Program-made: the position numbers and the translations under genes
The notes under the pieces: model-generated
Told to the model about the DNA's origin: nothing
Database searches by the model: none
Seen by the model: the letters and a program-made list of their open reading frames with translations, nothing else
IMG/VR virus record: IMGVR_UViG_3300033067_001032
Coordinates: 4,103-68,102 of that record
Strand: one strand, 5' to 3'
Length of the DNA: 64,000 nt
Source: a virus
Taxonomy: Duplodnaviria; Caudoviricetes
Part shown: positions 44,867 to 54,128 of the stretch, in pieces
How positions within the stretch are numbered: position 1 is the first letter of the stretch
Layout: every line of letters starts with the position of its first letter

Positions 44867-45671
44867 TTTTTCAGCCACCGAGCTTATCGAAAGCCCGCGG
44901 ATATCGATCCTGAAGGTCAGGCATGACGCCGACATGGTCGCCGATGTCTCTGATATGATGTGGTCCCTATTTGGGCAGGGGGTGCATTCGGTCCTTGAGA
45001 AATACGGCCGCAAGGCCGGCCTCCATGATTACGTGGAGGAGCGGCTCTACGCCGAGATCGATGGCTGGCGGGTGTCCGGAGGCATGGACCTATGGATGGA
45101 TGAAGATCACGGCGTGGTCATCACCGACTACAAGGTGACCACCACCTGGGCCGCCGATGGCAAGCCGGAATGGGAAAGGCAACTCAACATCTATGCCTAT
45201 CTGTTCAAGGCCAGCAAGGGCATCCGCCCCAATGGGCTGCGGGTATGCGCCATACTGAGGGACTGGAAAAGCGCCCAAGCCAAGTACGACCGCGACTACC
45301 CGCAAAGACCGGTCATAATGATCCATATACCACTCTGGAGTGAGGCTGAGCAGCTTCGCTATATCCGGGAGCGGATTGGCATCCATGCCTCCGCACGGGC
45401 ATCCAGCGCTTTTGACGACGAGCTCCCACTATGCACCGACGATGAGCGCTGGCGGAGGGGTGAGTCATGGGCATTGATGAAGGAGGGCGGCAAGCGTGCC
45501 AGCGCGGTGTTCGATAACCTGGACCTGGCCATCGCGGCCAAGCTTGAAAAGAAAAATCCTACCGAATATAGAGTTGACCATCGGCCAGGGATACCGCTTA
45601 GATGCGCCAGCTTCTGCGACGCGGCGCCATTCTGTTCGCAATGGGCCAGAGAGAAAGATCAATATGACTGA
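44784..45671 (+). CDS. PD-(D/E)xK (Cas4-like) exonuclease
   Basis: SATEL, GQGVHSVLE, SGGMDL, ITDYKVT, QLNIY; C-terminal Cys cluster. Confidence 0.8.
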   Translation: MKITNNYSLPPPLVEAVKKDPYSKGSADFSATELIESPRISILKVRHDADMVADVSDMMWSLFGQGVHSVLEKYGRKAGLHDYVEERLYAEIDGWRVSGGMDLWMDEDHGVVITDYKVTTTWAADGKPEWERQLNIYAYLFKASKGIRPNGLRVCAILRDWKSAQAKYDRDYPQRPVIMIHIPLWSEAEQLRYIRERIGIHASARASSAFDDELPLCTDDERWRRGESWALMKEGGKRASAVFDNLDLAIAAKLEKKNPTEYRVDHRPGIPLRCASFCDAAPFCSQWAREKDQYD

Positions 45672-46386
45672 CGTTGTTCAAATGAGGCCAAAGTCTAAGA
45701 CAGACACCGCCAAAACCGACTCCGATCCGGCCTCCAGCATTCTGGCCAGGGTGATCAAGGTGGCCAGAGAGATCGAGCCGCTCATCAAGAACGAATCCCA
45801 CAACGAGGGTTGGAATTTCGTTTCGATCGATACCTACTACGAGAAGGCCGCCAAGGCTCTCCTCAAGGAGGGGGTGTCCTGGGTTATCTCCGAGGAGACC
45901 GCCACATCTCTCGATGGTTTCGACGTGATCGGGTGGAGATACACCTTCTCGCTGTTCGACGAGGCCGGAAACGCCATCAAGGATTTTGCCCGCTTCACCG
46001 TGCCCCATGATCTCGAGGGGCCGCAGACCGCCGGTAAGGTGGTGTCCTATGCCGAGAAGGTGTTTATGCGCCAGCTTCTAAAGCTGGTCACCGGTGAGCC
46101 GGACGCCGATACCTCAGCCACCCAAAAGGGTGTTCGCCGAAACAAGATCAAAGGTAAGTCTGGGGCCGAGCGGCCCGCCCAGTCCAACCCTGACAAATCC
46201 GACGGCCTCACCTATGAAGAGATCGAGGCGGCAATCAATGCGGCCGATAGTCAGGCGGCGCTCGATCTGTATATCGAGGGGGTGAAGCAAAAAATCTTCT
46301 GGGCGAAGGCCAACGATCCTGATATCTATGCGAAGCTAGCGACCGCGAGGGCGGCTAAAATGAAGGAGTTTGAAAGTGGCGTATGA
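45664..46386 (+). CDS. erf: ERF-family single-strand annealing protein
   Basis: GPQTAGKVVSYAEK.FMRQLL.L.TGEPDAD resembles the ERF signature; adjacent to exonuclease and SSB. Confidence 0.65.
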   Translation: MTDVVQMRPKSKTDTAKTDSDPASSILARVIKVAREIEPLIKNESHNEGWNFVSIDTYYEKAAKALLKEGVSWVISEETATSLDGFDVIGWRYTFSLFDEAGNAIKDFARFTVPHDLEGPQTAGKVVSYAEKVFMRQLLKLVTGEPDADTSATQKGVRRNKIKGKSGAERPAQSNPDKSDGLTYEEIEAAINAADSQAALDLYIEGVKQKIFWAKANDPDIYAKLATARAAKMKEFESGV

Positions 46387-46714
46387 AAATAGCGCGCTCC
46401 TGTCCAAGGCGAAGGACAAGCGCAACAGCAATTCCCCGGACTACTATGGTCAGGTCACCCTTACCGAGGATGTCATCCGGTATCTAGCGCAGCAGCACAA
46501 GAGCAACGGCACACCCAGCCTTCGGGTGGCGGTGTGGCGCAAGGAGAACGACCGCGGCGTGTATCTGTCGATGTCGTTGTCCATTCCACGCGAGGGAGCC
46601 GCCAGCGGCGGCGCCCCTGCTCGTCCCTCTCGCCCACCGGCTAGGCAGGCGGCATCAAAGTATGATGAGCGCCAGTCTGTCGATGACGACTTCAACGATG
46701 AGATTCCGTTTTAA
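46370..46714 (+). CDS. ssb: Single-stranded DNA-binding protein
   Basis: K.N.NSPDYYG; acidic tail DDDFNDEIPF. Confidence 0.75.
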   Translation: MKVAYENSALLSKAKDKRNSNSPDYYGQVTLTEDVIRYLAQQHKSNGTPSLRVAVWRKENDRGVYLSMSLSIPREGAASGGAPARPSRPPARQAASKYDERQSVDDDFNDEIPF

Positions 46715-46869
46715 TAGGGTATGGGGTCGGGAGCCAATTTAGTGAGGCGCTCCATGGTTCATCGGCCCCTCATTGTCTGAGGGACTAGCCGATGGGAAGT
46801 CCAGGTTCATTATGCTGGTGCAATTCCAGCCCGCCCCCATCATTACCAATGAAAGAGAGGACATACAAA

Positions 46870-47073
46870 ATGACAACTAAGATCGCGATCCTGAACATGG
46901 GTCCAGACCCCATCCTGGTCGAACCGGTGAACCGTGATTCAGATGGAACCTTTTCCGATGGTGGAGAGCCGTTTGAATTAGCGCCGGGGGTGGCGTTCGG
47001 CCTCACCGCCGCTGATAATTCCTATGTCCACTCCGGCCGTTTCTTCACCGTGAGGGAAAAGTCAAAGGGCTAG
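46870..47073 (+). CDS. Hypothetical protein
   Basis: MTTKIAILNMGPDP...; GAGGA SD. Confidence 0.5.
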   Translation: MTTKIAILNMGPDPILVEPVNRDSDGTFSDGGEPFELAPGVAFGLTAADNSYVHSGRFFTVREKSKG

Positions 47074-47075
47074 AC

Positions 47076-47600
47076 ATGACCACGCAAACCCATCGATCTA
47101 TTCTTTGGGCGGCGCAACAGGGTCATTGCTGGCTTTGCGGTCGGGTGATGGTGTGGAAGCCGGGGGCTATCACATGCCCCGACACCGCCACCATGGACCA
47201 CGTTATCCCCCGCTCAAAAGGCGGGGGTAACTGTATCTACAACAAGCGATTAGCCCATCGCCGTTGCAACAACAACCGGAGCAGCGATCTGCCCCGCCCG
47301 CCGCAAAGTGGGCGTGCGCTTGAAAGCGCCGAGAGGATAAAAGAGCATGCCCGAAAAAACCCAAGGACAATCCCAGTCAAGTCCAAGTGGCAAGTCGCAG
47401 TCGAAGAATACTTCGCTTCGGCGCTTAATGTTAACGCGGACAGCAAACGCCGAACTACAAGCCGCCGTGCAAGGATGTATCTCTGGCGCGGTGGCCCGCG
47501 GACTAACGCTGGAGGAACTGGCGGAGGATCATCTGTATGGCCCCGCGCACTTCATGGCAGTGGCGACGGGCTCCCCCACCACAATCACTGCCGCGATTGA
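47076..47600 (+). CDS. HNH endonuclease
   Basis: CWLCG, TMDHVIPRSKGG, N..LAH..CN..RS. Confidence 0.75.
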   Translation: MTTQTHRSILWAAQQGHCWLCGRVMVWKPGAITCPDTATMDHVIPRSKGGGNCIYNKRLAHRRCNNNRSSDLPRPPQSGRALESAERIKEHARKNPRTIPVKSKWQVAVEEYFASALNVNADSKRRTTSRRARMYLWRGGPRTNAGGTGGGSSVWPRALHGSGDGLPHHNHCRD

Positions 47601-47838
47601 GGTGGCGAGGGTGTGCGGGTATCGGTTGCATGTAACGCCGCACGTTATAGACGACGAGATCAGGGCCGATGCTTGTGATCTCGAGGCCCCATTCGAGACG
47701 GCATCTAGGTATATGCATGGGCACCATGCCCTGCATGGCATGGATGAAGATGCTATCGATGAGTTGTTGCGCGGCGCCCTGGCCCGCTACTTCGGGCAGA
47801 TGCGTGAGAAGGGCTACAAGATGGTTGGTAGAGGATGA
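47428..47838 (+). CDS. Hypothetical (HTH-like) protein
   Basis: GLTLEELAED; ATGA-coupled to the methyltransferase; start uncertain. Confidence 0.5.
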   Translation: MLTRTANAELQAAVQGCISGAVARGLTLEELAEDHLYGPAHFMAVATGSPTTITAAIEVARVCGYRLHVTPHVIDDEIRADACDLEAPFETASRYMHGHHALHGMDEDAIDELLRGALARYFGQMREKGYKMVGRG

Positions 47839-48725
47839 CATCCTCCGCCTATTACAACGAGAACGATCCATTTGCGGCGGCATGGTTGCGAGAACTGATA
47901 TCAAATAATCTGATAGCTCCGGGAGATGTGGACGAACGTTCCATAGAGGATGTTACCGCCAATGAGATTAAGAGCTACACCCAGCATCATTTCTTCGCCG
48001 GTATTGGCGGATGGAGCCTCGCTCTCCGCTGTGCCGGATGGCCAGACAATCGCCCAATCTGGACCGGATCATGTCCATGTCAGCCTTTCAGCGCGGCTGG
48101 CAAAGGCGGCGGGTTTACTGACGAGCGGCACCTATGGCCCGCGTTCTTCCATCTCATCGAAGAGTGCAAACCTACAATCATCGTTGGCGAGCAGGTTGCA
48201 AGCAAAGACGGCCTCGCTTGGCTCGACCTTGTACAAACTGACCTGGAAGCAGCGAGCTACTCCTTCGGGGCGGTTGATACCTGCGCTGCGGGCTTCGGTG
48301 CGCCGCACATCCGGCAACGATTGTATTGGGTGGCCGACGCCGACAGCGGCGCTGGCGGACAAGGGCGTTCGATCCTCGAAGGGGGCGATAATAGAAGCGA
48401 TGCGAAACCACGGCCCGGACTTGGCGGCGGCGGTAGCGTTGGCAAGTTGGCCAACCAAGCACGGCTGCGCTTGCCTAGTGAGGGATGCGGACAAGATCGA
48501 CACGAACAGCCCAGCCAGACTAACGGCCTCTGGCGAGATGCTGATTGGCTCTATTGCCGGGATGGCAGGTGGCGGTCGGTTGAACCCGGCACATTCCCTC
48601 TGGCTGATGCTGGGTCCATTCGCAACCGCGTGGGCGCGCTGCGCGGAAGCGGTAACGCCATCAACCTCGCGCAAGCGAAAGGCTTCCTCGAAGCGGTCAT
48701 CGAAACCATTGGAGATAGTCGATGA
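47835..48725 (+). CDS. DNA (cytosine-5) methyltransferase, large polypeptide
   Basis: Motif I FFAGIGG, IV GSCPCQPFS, VI EQV, VIII HIRQRLYWVA, X LRGSGNAI; motif IX absent in this frame. Confidence 0.88.
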   Translation: MTSSAYYNENDPFAAAWLRELISNNLIAPGDVDERSIEDVTANEIKSYTQHHFFAGIGGWSLALRCAGWPDNRPIWTGSCPCQPFSAAGKGGGFTDERHLWPAFFHLIEECKPTIIVGEQVASKDGLAWLDLVQTDLEAASYSFGAVDTCAAGFGAPHIRQRLYWVADADSGAGGQGRSILEGGDNRSDAKPRPGLGGGGSVGKLANQARLRLPSEGCGQDRHEQPSQTNGLWRDADWLYCRDGRWRSVEPGTFPLADAGSIRNRVGALRGSGNAINLAQAKGFLEAVIETIGDSR

Positions 48726-48732
48726 ACGGTAA
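47950..48732 (+). CDS. Overlapping alternative-frame methyltransferase small polypeptide (motif IX)
   Basis: +1 frame encodes GWPTPTA...DLAAAVALASWPT...RLNPAHSLWLM...W..CA; real start probably internal. Confidence 0.6.
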   Translation: MLPPMRLRATPSIISSPVLADGASLSAVPDGQTIAQSGPDHVHVSLSARLAKAAGLLTSGTYGPRSSISSKSANLQSSLASRLQAKTASLGSTLYKLTWKQRATPSGRLIPALRASVRRTSGNDCIGWPTPTAALADKGVRSSKGAIIEAMRNHGPDLAAAVALASWPTKHGCACLVRDADKIDTNSPARLTASGEMLIGSIAGMAGGGRLNPAHSLWLMLGPFATAWARCAEAVTPSTSRKRKASSKRSSKPLEIVDER

Positions 48733-49147
48733 ACCAATGGCGTTTGAGGCGCTCAAGATCGCGCTCAAGCAAGACCGTGGCGGCCATGTGCTAACCCTGG
48801 TCATTCATCCAGATGAAACCCCAGACCAGCTATGGCGCGATCCGGTTGGCAAGCGCTACGGGGTGGCGCTGGTGGCCCTCGATGAAGAAGGCGAAGCCTT
48901 CAACGATGAGGCCGAGGGTGAACGTGTTTTCAAGATGCACGGCGCCAGGTGCCGTGACGCCGGGTTTCAGTTGTTCATGCTTGGACCCAATGACGCCACC
49001 GAATCCAAGAAGGATCGGGAGGAGTCGTGCCGGGATGCCGTTAAAAAATCTTTAGGTATTGCATCTTCCACGGACATCAGGGATAAACCCAAAGTCAGAT
49101 TGCAATTCCTAGAGTTATTGAAAACCCATGAGCAAGACCGCCCCTGA
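48722..49147 (+). CDS. Hypothetical protein
   Basis: 141 aa; ATGA-coupled. Confidence 0.6.
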   Translation: MNGKPMAFEALKIALKQDRGGHVLTLVIHPDETPDQLWRDPVGKRYGVALVALDEEGEAFNDEAEGERVFKMHGARCRDAGFQLFMLGPNDATESKKDREESCRDAVKKSLGIASSTDIRDKPKVRLQFLELLKTHEQDRP

Positions 49148-50003
49148 TCCGACAGTCCAAAAACTGATCGAAGAATTCACCAACTCGCGTGAGTTTGGAT
49201 TCCTGAAGCCGGCCACCCAAAAGGTTTACTCCAGCTACCTGAGAAAGCTGGAGCCGATCAATGCCCGTAAGGTTGGTTCGATTAAGCGGGCCGATCTCTT
49301 TAAGATATGGGACAAGAGCGCAGCCTCGCATGGAGCCATGCGTAGCGCCACCAAGGTCACGCGCAGATTGTTCTCCTGGGGGATGGAGAATGAGTTGATC
49401 ACCGAATTTCCAATGATCACCATGCCAAAGACCAGCAATAGGTCGGTTCCATTCGAGGCCTGGGATTCATATGAGATTGTGAAGTACCAGGACGCGGCTA
49501 GGGATTACATAGAGATACACCCGGAACGGGGGTTTGTGTTGGACGCCGTCGATATCGGACTGGCGACAGGCCAGCGCGTCAGCGACATCTGCTCCATGCC
49601 ACTGGATGGCTGGAGCGGCGACACATACCAAGTCAAGCAACAAAAGACCGGCGCTTTGGTGCGGTTCAAACCCACCGGTCGGTTTAGGGAAATCCTCGAG
49701 CTATCCCGTGATTCCGGAGGCAAGTTTGTCTTGCAAATGCCGGAGCCTAATCATGGCAGGCTTGAGAGATTGCGGTATCACTTCGATATCGTGAGAGACA
49801 CGGCGGGCGTGAAGAAAACCCTCCATGGTTTAAGGAAGACCGTGGCGGTGTTGCTTCGAGAAGCCGGGGCCTCGAATGCCCAGATAGCGGCGCTACTTGG
49901 ACATAAAACCACCAGAATGGTCGAAGCATATGCGGCCGAGGCCGATCAGTTTGTGTTAGCGACATCCGCCGCTGACCTAATGTCTCAAATAAACCAGGAG
50001 TAA
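49128..50003 (+). CDS. int: Tyrosine recombinase/integrase
   Basis: TGQRVSD (R), QQKTG (K), HGLRKT (HxxR), LLGHKT..M...Y; 291 aa. Confidence 0.88.
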   Translation: MSKTAPDPTVQKLIEEFTNSREFGFLKPATQKVYSSYLRKLEPINARKVGSIKRADLFKIWDKSAASHGAMRSATKVTRRLFSWGMENELITEFPMITMPKTSNRSVPFEAWDSYEIVKYQDAARDYIEIHPERGFVLDAVDIGLATGQRVSDICSMPLDGWSGDTYQVKQQKTGALVRFKPTGRFREILELSRDSGGKFVLQMPEPNHGRLERLRYHFDIVRDTAGVKKTLHGLRKTVAVLLREAGASNAQIAALLGHKTTRMVEAYAAEADQFVLATSAADLMSQINQE

Positions 50004-50867
50004 ATGGAAATGCGTACAGTAATTACACCGGACCGAGCCAAGCAATTGCTCGATCAGAATATCGAAAACAATCGCTCCTTTTCTCCGGGGCGGGTGCGTC
50101 GCTATGCCAGCGACATGGCCGCTGGCCGCTGGCGCTATAACGGCGAGAGTATCAAGATCGACGTGCGTGGCCGAATGATCGACGGGCAGCAACGCCTTCG
50201 CGCCATCATCCTCTCTGGCATCCCGCAGGAAATGGAATTGGTGGAGAACATCCCGGACAACGTGGTGTACACGCTCGACCAAGGCCGCGGCCGCTCAGCC
50301 GCGGACAGCCTGAAAATGCGGGGCGTAGCTGCGCCGCGGGTGGTTTCTGGCGCTACCAAGATCGTGCTTAATTATCTCGACGGTCTGTCCGTTGGGTATG
50401 GGCAGACCACGGCGGCGGTCGAGCAATTCCTCTCGGAATTCTCGGAAATAGAGACCTACTCGACGCTTGCCAATGAGCTCATCGGGATCATCCCGCCATC
50501 GCCGGTTGCCGCCTGCCTACTGCTGGGCACGACCACCGGCGCCTACACCGAGTATGTCGCTGACTTTCTGGAGGGTCTCGCTACCGGCGCCAATCTTGAG
50601 GTCGGCGATCCACGTCTGGCGCTTCGTCAAGCCATCACCAACCAGCGTGGTAAGGCGGGCGGCAGCCGGGTGATCGATCCGGGCTATGCCCTTCACGTCA
50701 CCACGCGGGCATGGAACGCCTTCACCGATGGCCGCACCATCACCACGACCCGCTATAACCACGGCAAGCAGAAGACCGACCTGCTTGACGTTAACGGTGG
50801 GCCGAAGGCTGGTACTGGATTGGCCACCCTTCGTGCGTTGCGATCATTCTCCATCAAGAAAGGGTAA
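50004..50867 (+). CDS. ParB/Srx-like N-domain protein (DGQ-R type)
   Basis: NNRS....V.RYA.DM..GRW..NGE.I......IDGQQRL.AI. Confidence 0.65.
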   Translation: MEMRTVITPDRAKQLLDQNIENNRSFSPGRVRRYASDMAAGRWRYNGESIKIDVRGRMIDGQQRLRAIILSGIPQEMELVENIPDNVVYTLDQGRGRSAADSLKMRGVAAPRVVSGATKIVLNYLDGLSVGYGQTTAAVEQFLSEFSEIETYSTLANELIGIIPPSPVAACLLLGTTTGAYTEYVADFLEGLATGANLEVGDPRLALRQAITNQRGKAGGSRVIDPGYALHVTTRAWNAFTDGRTITTTRYNHGKQKTDLLDVNGGPKAGTGLATLRALRSFSIKKG

Positions 50868-50870
50868 GTC

Positions 50871-51287
50871 ATGTCTATCTTCTCAAGGAAGAACGAACCT
50901 GACGGTTGGGGGGCGGCGCCGCCAGCCACCTCTGCCTCCATGGACGGCGCCAAGGGTCCGTTTGTGGTGGAGTTTAACCCAGGCCGTATCAGGCTTGCGG
51001 CCGACTTCACCAGTCAGGAAGAAATGCGGGTCTTTGTGGCTGCGTTGCAGGCGCTGGGCGCGCTTCTCCCTGAGAAAACGGAGAAGCCTAGTCCCAAACC
51101 GGTAGAGGTAGTGTTCCGATCACCACCGGTCGCCACCACCGCGCCGACCGTACCCATCCCGCCAACGACGGAAACCACCCCTGGCAACGTTGGCATTACG
51201 TCAGAGCATGCTGACGCTACCGGCAATATGGAGGCGCTTCTTGGACCGGCGCCTTGGTTAAAGAATGCCCCAGGCAGCGCCAATTAA
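50871..51287 (+). CDS. Hypothetical protein
   Basis: 138 aa with a Pro/Thr-rich C-terminal half. Confidence 0.55.
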   Translation: MSIFSRKNEPDGWGAAPPATSASMDGAKGPFVVEFNPGRIRLAADFTSQEEMRVFVAALQALGALLPEKTEKPSPKPVEVVFRSPPVATTAPTVPIPPTTETTPGNVGITSEHADATGNMEALLGPAPWLKNAPGSAN

Positions 51288-51434
51288 TTGGAAGGTCCAG
51301 GCCGAGGCCCTCGCTACTCAACTTCATGAGTATGCGAGGGTGCTCGCCTCATGGCGGCTTGTCATCTGCACCCCAGGATGGGAACCTAAGACTGAATTAG
51401 AGGCCGAGACGGCCGATGCCACCAAGAGACTAGT

Positions 51435-51722
51435 ATGACCAACGAACATGGCCATTGCCCGCATTGCGGAGCCGACCTCAACGGCGGAAGTATCTGGGAT
51501 ACCGGGCTTGAGTTTGCGCTAGCCGGTAAACACTATGAACAGAAGGGTGTTCCAGAAACCGATATAGCCAAGGCCGAGAAGCGCGCCGATGAATACGCCG
51601 CCGCATACGGCGCTACCCGCGCCAAGGGGAGGTGGGGGCGACAGATGGGGCTTACCGATATGACGCTGGACCGCATTACAGAATGGCAATGTCCTGATTG
51701 TGAACATCGATGGAAGAGGTGA
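51435..51722 (+). CDS. Zn-finger hypothetical protein
   Basis: CPHC ... WQCPDC. Confidence 0.65.
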   Translation: MTNEHGHCPHCGADLNGGSIWDTGLEFALAGKHYEQKGVPETDIAKAEKRADEYAAAYGATRAKGRWGRQMGLTDMTLDRITEWQCPDCEHRWKR

Positions 51723-51728
51723 GGACCA

Positions 51729-52133
51729 ATGTCATTAGGGCCGCAACTTAATCATGATCCGGTCAACAGACCATCACATTACCAGGGTGAGTCATTTGAA
51801 TGTATCACCCTGACTCGCCGTATGGGCTTCTGCCCAGGCAATGCGATCAAATATCTTTGGCGAGCCGCCAAGAAGGGTCGTTACCTGGAGGATATGCAGA
51901 AGGCTCGTTGGTACGTCAACGATTGCCTTAATGATGACACCCATACCGACAATAGGTCTCTTTCCAAAGATACGGGAATATTCACTAGCATCCAGGATAT
52001 GTTTCCCTCCAGGGTTGCCGACGTGATGTGCATGATCATTGACGGTGAATACAGGACGGCGCTGTTTGCGCTCGATGAGATCATTGGACAGCACGTAAAG
52101 GCATCCATCCAAAACGCAGTAACGGAGGAATGA
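51729..52133 (+). CDS. DUF3310 family (putative nucleotide kinase, T7 gp1.7-like)
   Basis: DPVNRPSHY, F..GNAIKYLWRA.KKG...EDMQKARWY. Confidence 0.8.
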   Translation: MSLGPQLNHDPVNRPSHYQGESFECITLTRRMGFCPGNAIKYLWRAAKKGRYLEDMQKARWYVNDCLNDDTHTDNRSLSKDTGIFTSIQDMFPSRVADVMCMIIDGEYRTALFALDEIIGQHVKASIQNAVTEE

Positions 52134-52282
52134 GCCAGATGGCGGAACGTACTGGAAGAGAACCAAGAATAATCAACCTGAAAGCAATCTTGGGCGTCAT
52201 TTGCCTGATGCTAGTCTCGCCATGGCTCATGCTGGGCTTCGCGCTTTACTGTCGGGCCATCTTCACAAGCTTCACGCCATGA
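52130..52282 (+). CDS. 50-aa membrane protein
   Basis: ILGVICLMLVSPWLMLGFALYC; GGAGG SD and ATGA overlap. Confidence 0.5.
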   Translation: MSQMAERTGREPRIINLKAILGVICLMLVSPWLMLGFALYCRAIFTSFTP

Positions 52283-52389
52283 GCCGTAACAACATTGCGC
52301 CGAGATTGCGCCGAGCGGAGGCAGCGTGTAAGGATTCCTTACACGCTGGGGGCGACGGCAAACGCCATCCAAAACGGAGTGACTGAGAA

Positions 52390-52617
52390 ATGAGCGAGGA
52401 TATTGTCGCACGGCTGAATGACGCCGCCAGGATAGCTGAAATCGGAGACTGTTTCCATGAGGACATTCTGCGTGAAGCCGCCGCCGAGATCGAACGCCTA
52501 CGCGCCGATGTTGCCAGAGAGTGTGCATTGAAAGAAGAGTTCATCACGGAGTGGAATATCGCCGAAACCGATTGGGCAAACCTCACCGTTGAGGCTAGTA
52601 AGTTGCGCGATGACTGA
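52390..52617 (+). CDS. Small coiled-coil protein
   Basis: MSEDIVARL...EAAAEIERLR. Confidence 0.6.
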   Translation: MSEDIVARLNDAARIAEIGDCFHEDILREAAAEIERLRADVARECALKEEFITEWNIAETDWANLTVEASKLRDD

Positions 52618-52791
52618 GCAAAGCGATGGCATCCAGAATTCCTTTACGGCCCAGGAGAAACGCAATGGCTAGTCTGAATTTCTGTGCCAAGTGTGAGCGC
52701 CGCACGAATTGCAGTGTGAGTCCGGATTGGCCGCCCGGCCCACATAAGCGGCAGCCATTGACGCTTGGCGACGCTGCAAATGGAGGCGACC

Positions 52792-53304
52792 GTGGCTGAG
52801 GATATTGTCGCGCGTGAAGTGCTGGTGGATTTCCTATACCAAGGGCACCTGCAATATCATCTTTACGGAAGCGTTAGCGCTTATGACCGCGCCGATGCGA
52901 TGATCCGCGACCTCGCTGCAGAAGGTGTCGCCGTCGTTGCCGCCGCCGAGATCGAACGCCTCCGCGCCGAGGTCGCACGGTTCCAAGAAAACAGCGCGGC
53001 GCGCGCGGAGCGTGAGGCCGACTACCGCCGCGTCATTACTGAGCTTGAGGACGAGATCGCCAAACGGCGTGGCGAACGATTGGAGTTCGCCAACGAACCC
53101 ATCTATGGCCCATGGACAATCGAAGAGGTCGAGCAACTGGCCGCATCGCTGCACTCGGAGCCGTGCCCACTGAAACGCAAAGCCATCCGATTTACGGTTA
53201 GACATCTTCCCAATCGTGATGATTGGGAATGGGCGAACCGCACCGCTGAGTATCTTGGTCTGGGCGACGACAAAGCTGCAATTCAAATGAGCGACGAGAA
53301 ATAA
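52792..53304 (+). CDS. Hypothetical protein with EDIVAR / AAAEIERLR segments
   Basis: GTG start with GGAGG SD. Confidence 0.6.
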   Translation: MAEDIVAREVLVDFLYQGHLQYHLYGSVSAYDRADAMIRDLAAEGVAVVAAAEIERLRAEVARFQENSAARAEREADYRRVITELEDEIAKRRGERLEFANEPIYGPWTIEEVEQLAASLHSEPCPLKRKAIRFTVRHLPNRDDWEWANRTAEYLGLGDDKAAIQMSDEK

Positions 53305-53342
53305 CCAAGCGTAAATCCCTCACCCCCAGGCAGCGCCAAGCG

Positions 53343-53660
53343 ATGCTGGAGAAGCAAAACAACCGCTGCCTGGAGTGTGGCGGACCTGGGCCATTCATCG
53401 CCGAGCACACCGTCCCGGTCGGCCTGGGCAACGAGGATAAGCCCGACTGCTTGCTGTGCCGCCCATGCGCCCGAGAGAAGACTATAGGCAAGCATGGCGA
53501 CATCTGGCGCATTGCTAAGTCGAAACGACAGGCAAGAATAACAGGCCCTCAAAGGCCTGGACGCAAGAAGGCTAAAATCAAATCGGCTGGATTTAGGGGG
53601 TGGCGCCGAATGGACGGAACCCTTAAGATGAAAGCTTCACCTTCAGGAGATAGTACGTGA
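53343..53660 (+). CDS. HNH-type endonuclease
   Basis: RCLECG, EH.VP..LG.ED, LCRPC..EKT...D...IAK.KR. Confidence 0.65.
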   Translation: MLEKQNNRCLECGGPGPFIAEHTVPVGLGNEDKPDCLLCRPCAREKTIGKHGDIWRIAKSKRQARITGPQRPGRKKAKIKSAGFRGWRRMDGTLKMKASPSGDST

Positions 53661-54106
53661 AATACAAGACATCATTGCGAACCGCGGGCGCCCTGTTCGG
53701 GGCTTTAGTGGTCGGGGTGGCGCTGCTCTATGCCCCGGTGGCCAATGCCTATGATCTTACCGGCCGCGTCGGCAACGACTCCAGGGCCTTTGGCGTGACC
53801 GTGGAGAGGGATTTGCCCTATGTGGGGCATAGTGACCTCGGAATCGAATTCACCGATGTACGGGGCTCTCAGAGCGTCCAGGCCACTCTAGGCAAGCGTT
53901 TCCGGGTGCTGCCACGGGTATCGGTGGGTGGCTCGATCGGGGCTGGCTGGGGACATGGCTTCGCCTATAGCGCCGGGGTCGGTGCCGACTACGCTCTCAC
54001 CAACGGCATTTCGGTGGGTGTCGATCATCGGCTCTACCGCGACGATGGCCGTCACAATGACCAGGGCGGCGTCACCGAGGTGGGTATGCGCCTGCATTTT
54101 AATTAA
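53657..54106 (+). CDS. Outer-membrane beta-barrel protein (Ail/Lom/OmpW-like moron)
   Basis: Signal peptide ending ANA, alternating beta strands (YSAGVGADY, VGVDHRLY), C-terminal VGMRLHF. Confidence 0.7.
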   Translation: MKYKTSLRTAGALFGALVVGVALLYAPVANAYDLTGRVGNDSRAFGVTVERDLPYVGHSDLGIEFTDVRGSQSVQATLGKRFRVLPRVSVGGSIGAGWGHGFAYSAGVGADYALTNGISVGVDHRLYRDDGRHNDQGGVTEVGMRLHFN

Positions 54107-54128
54107 CCTATTCCATTTTGGAATTGGT

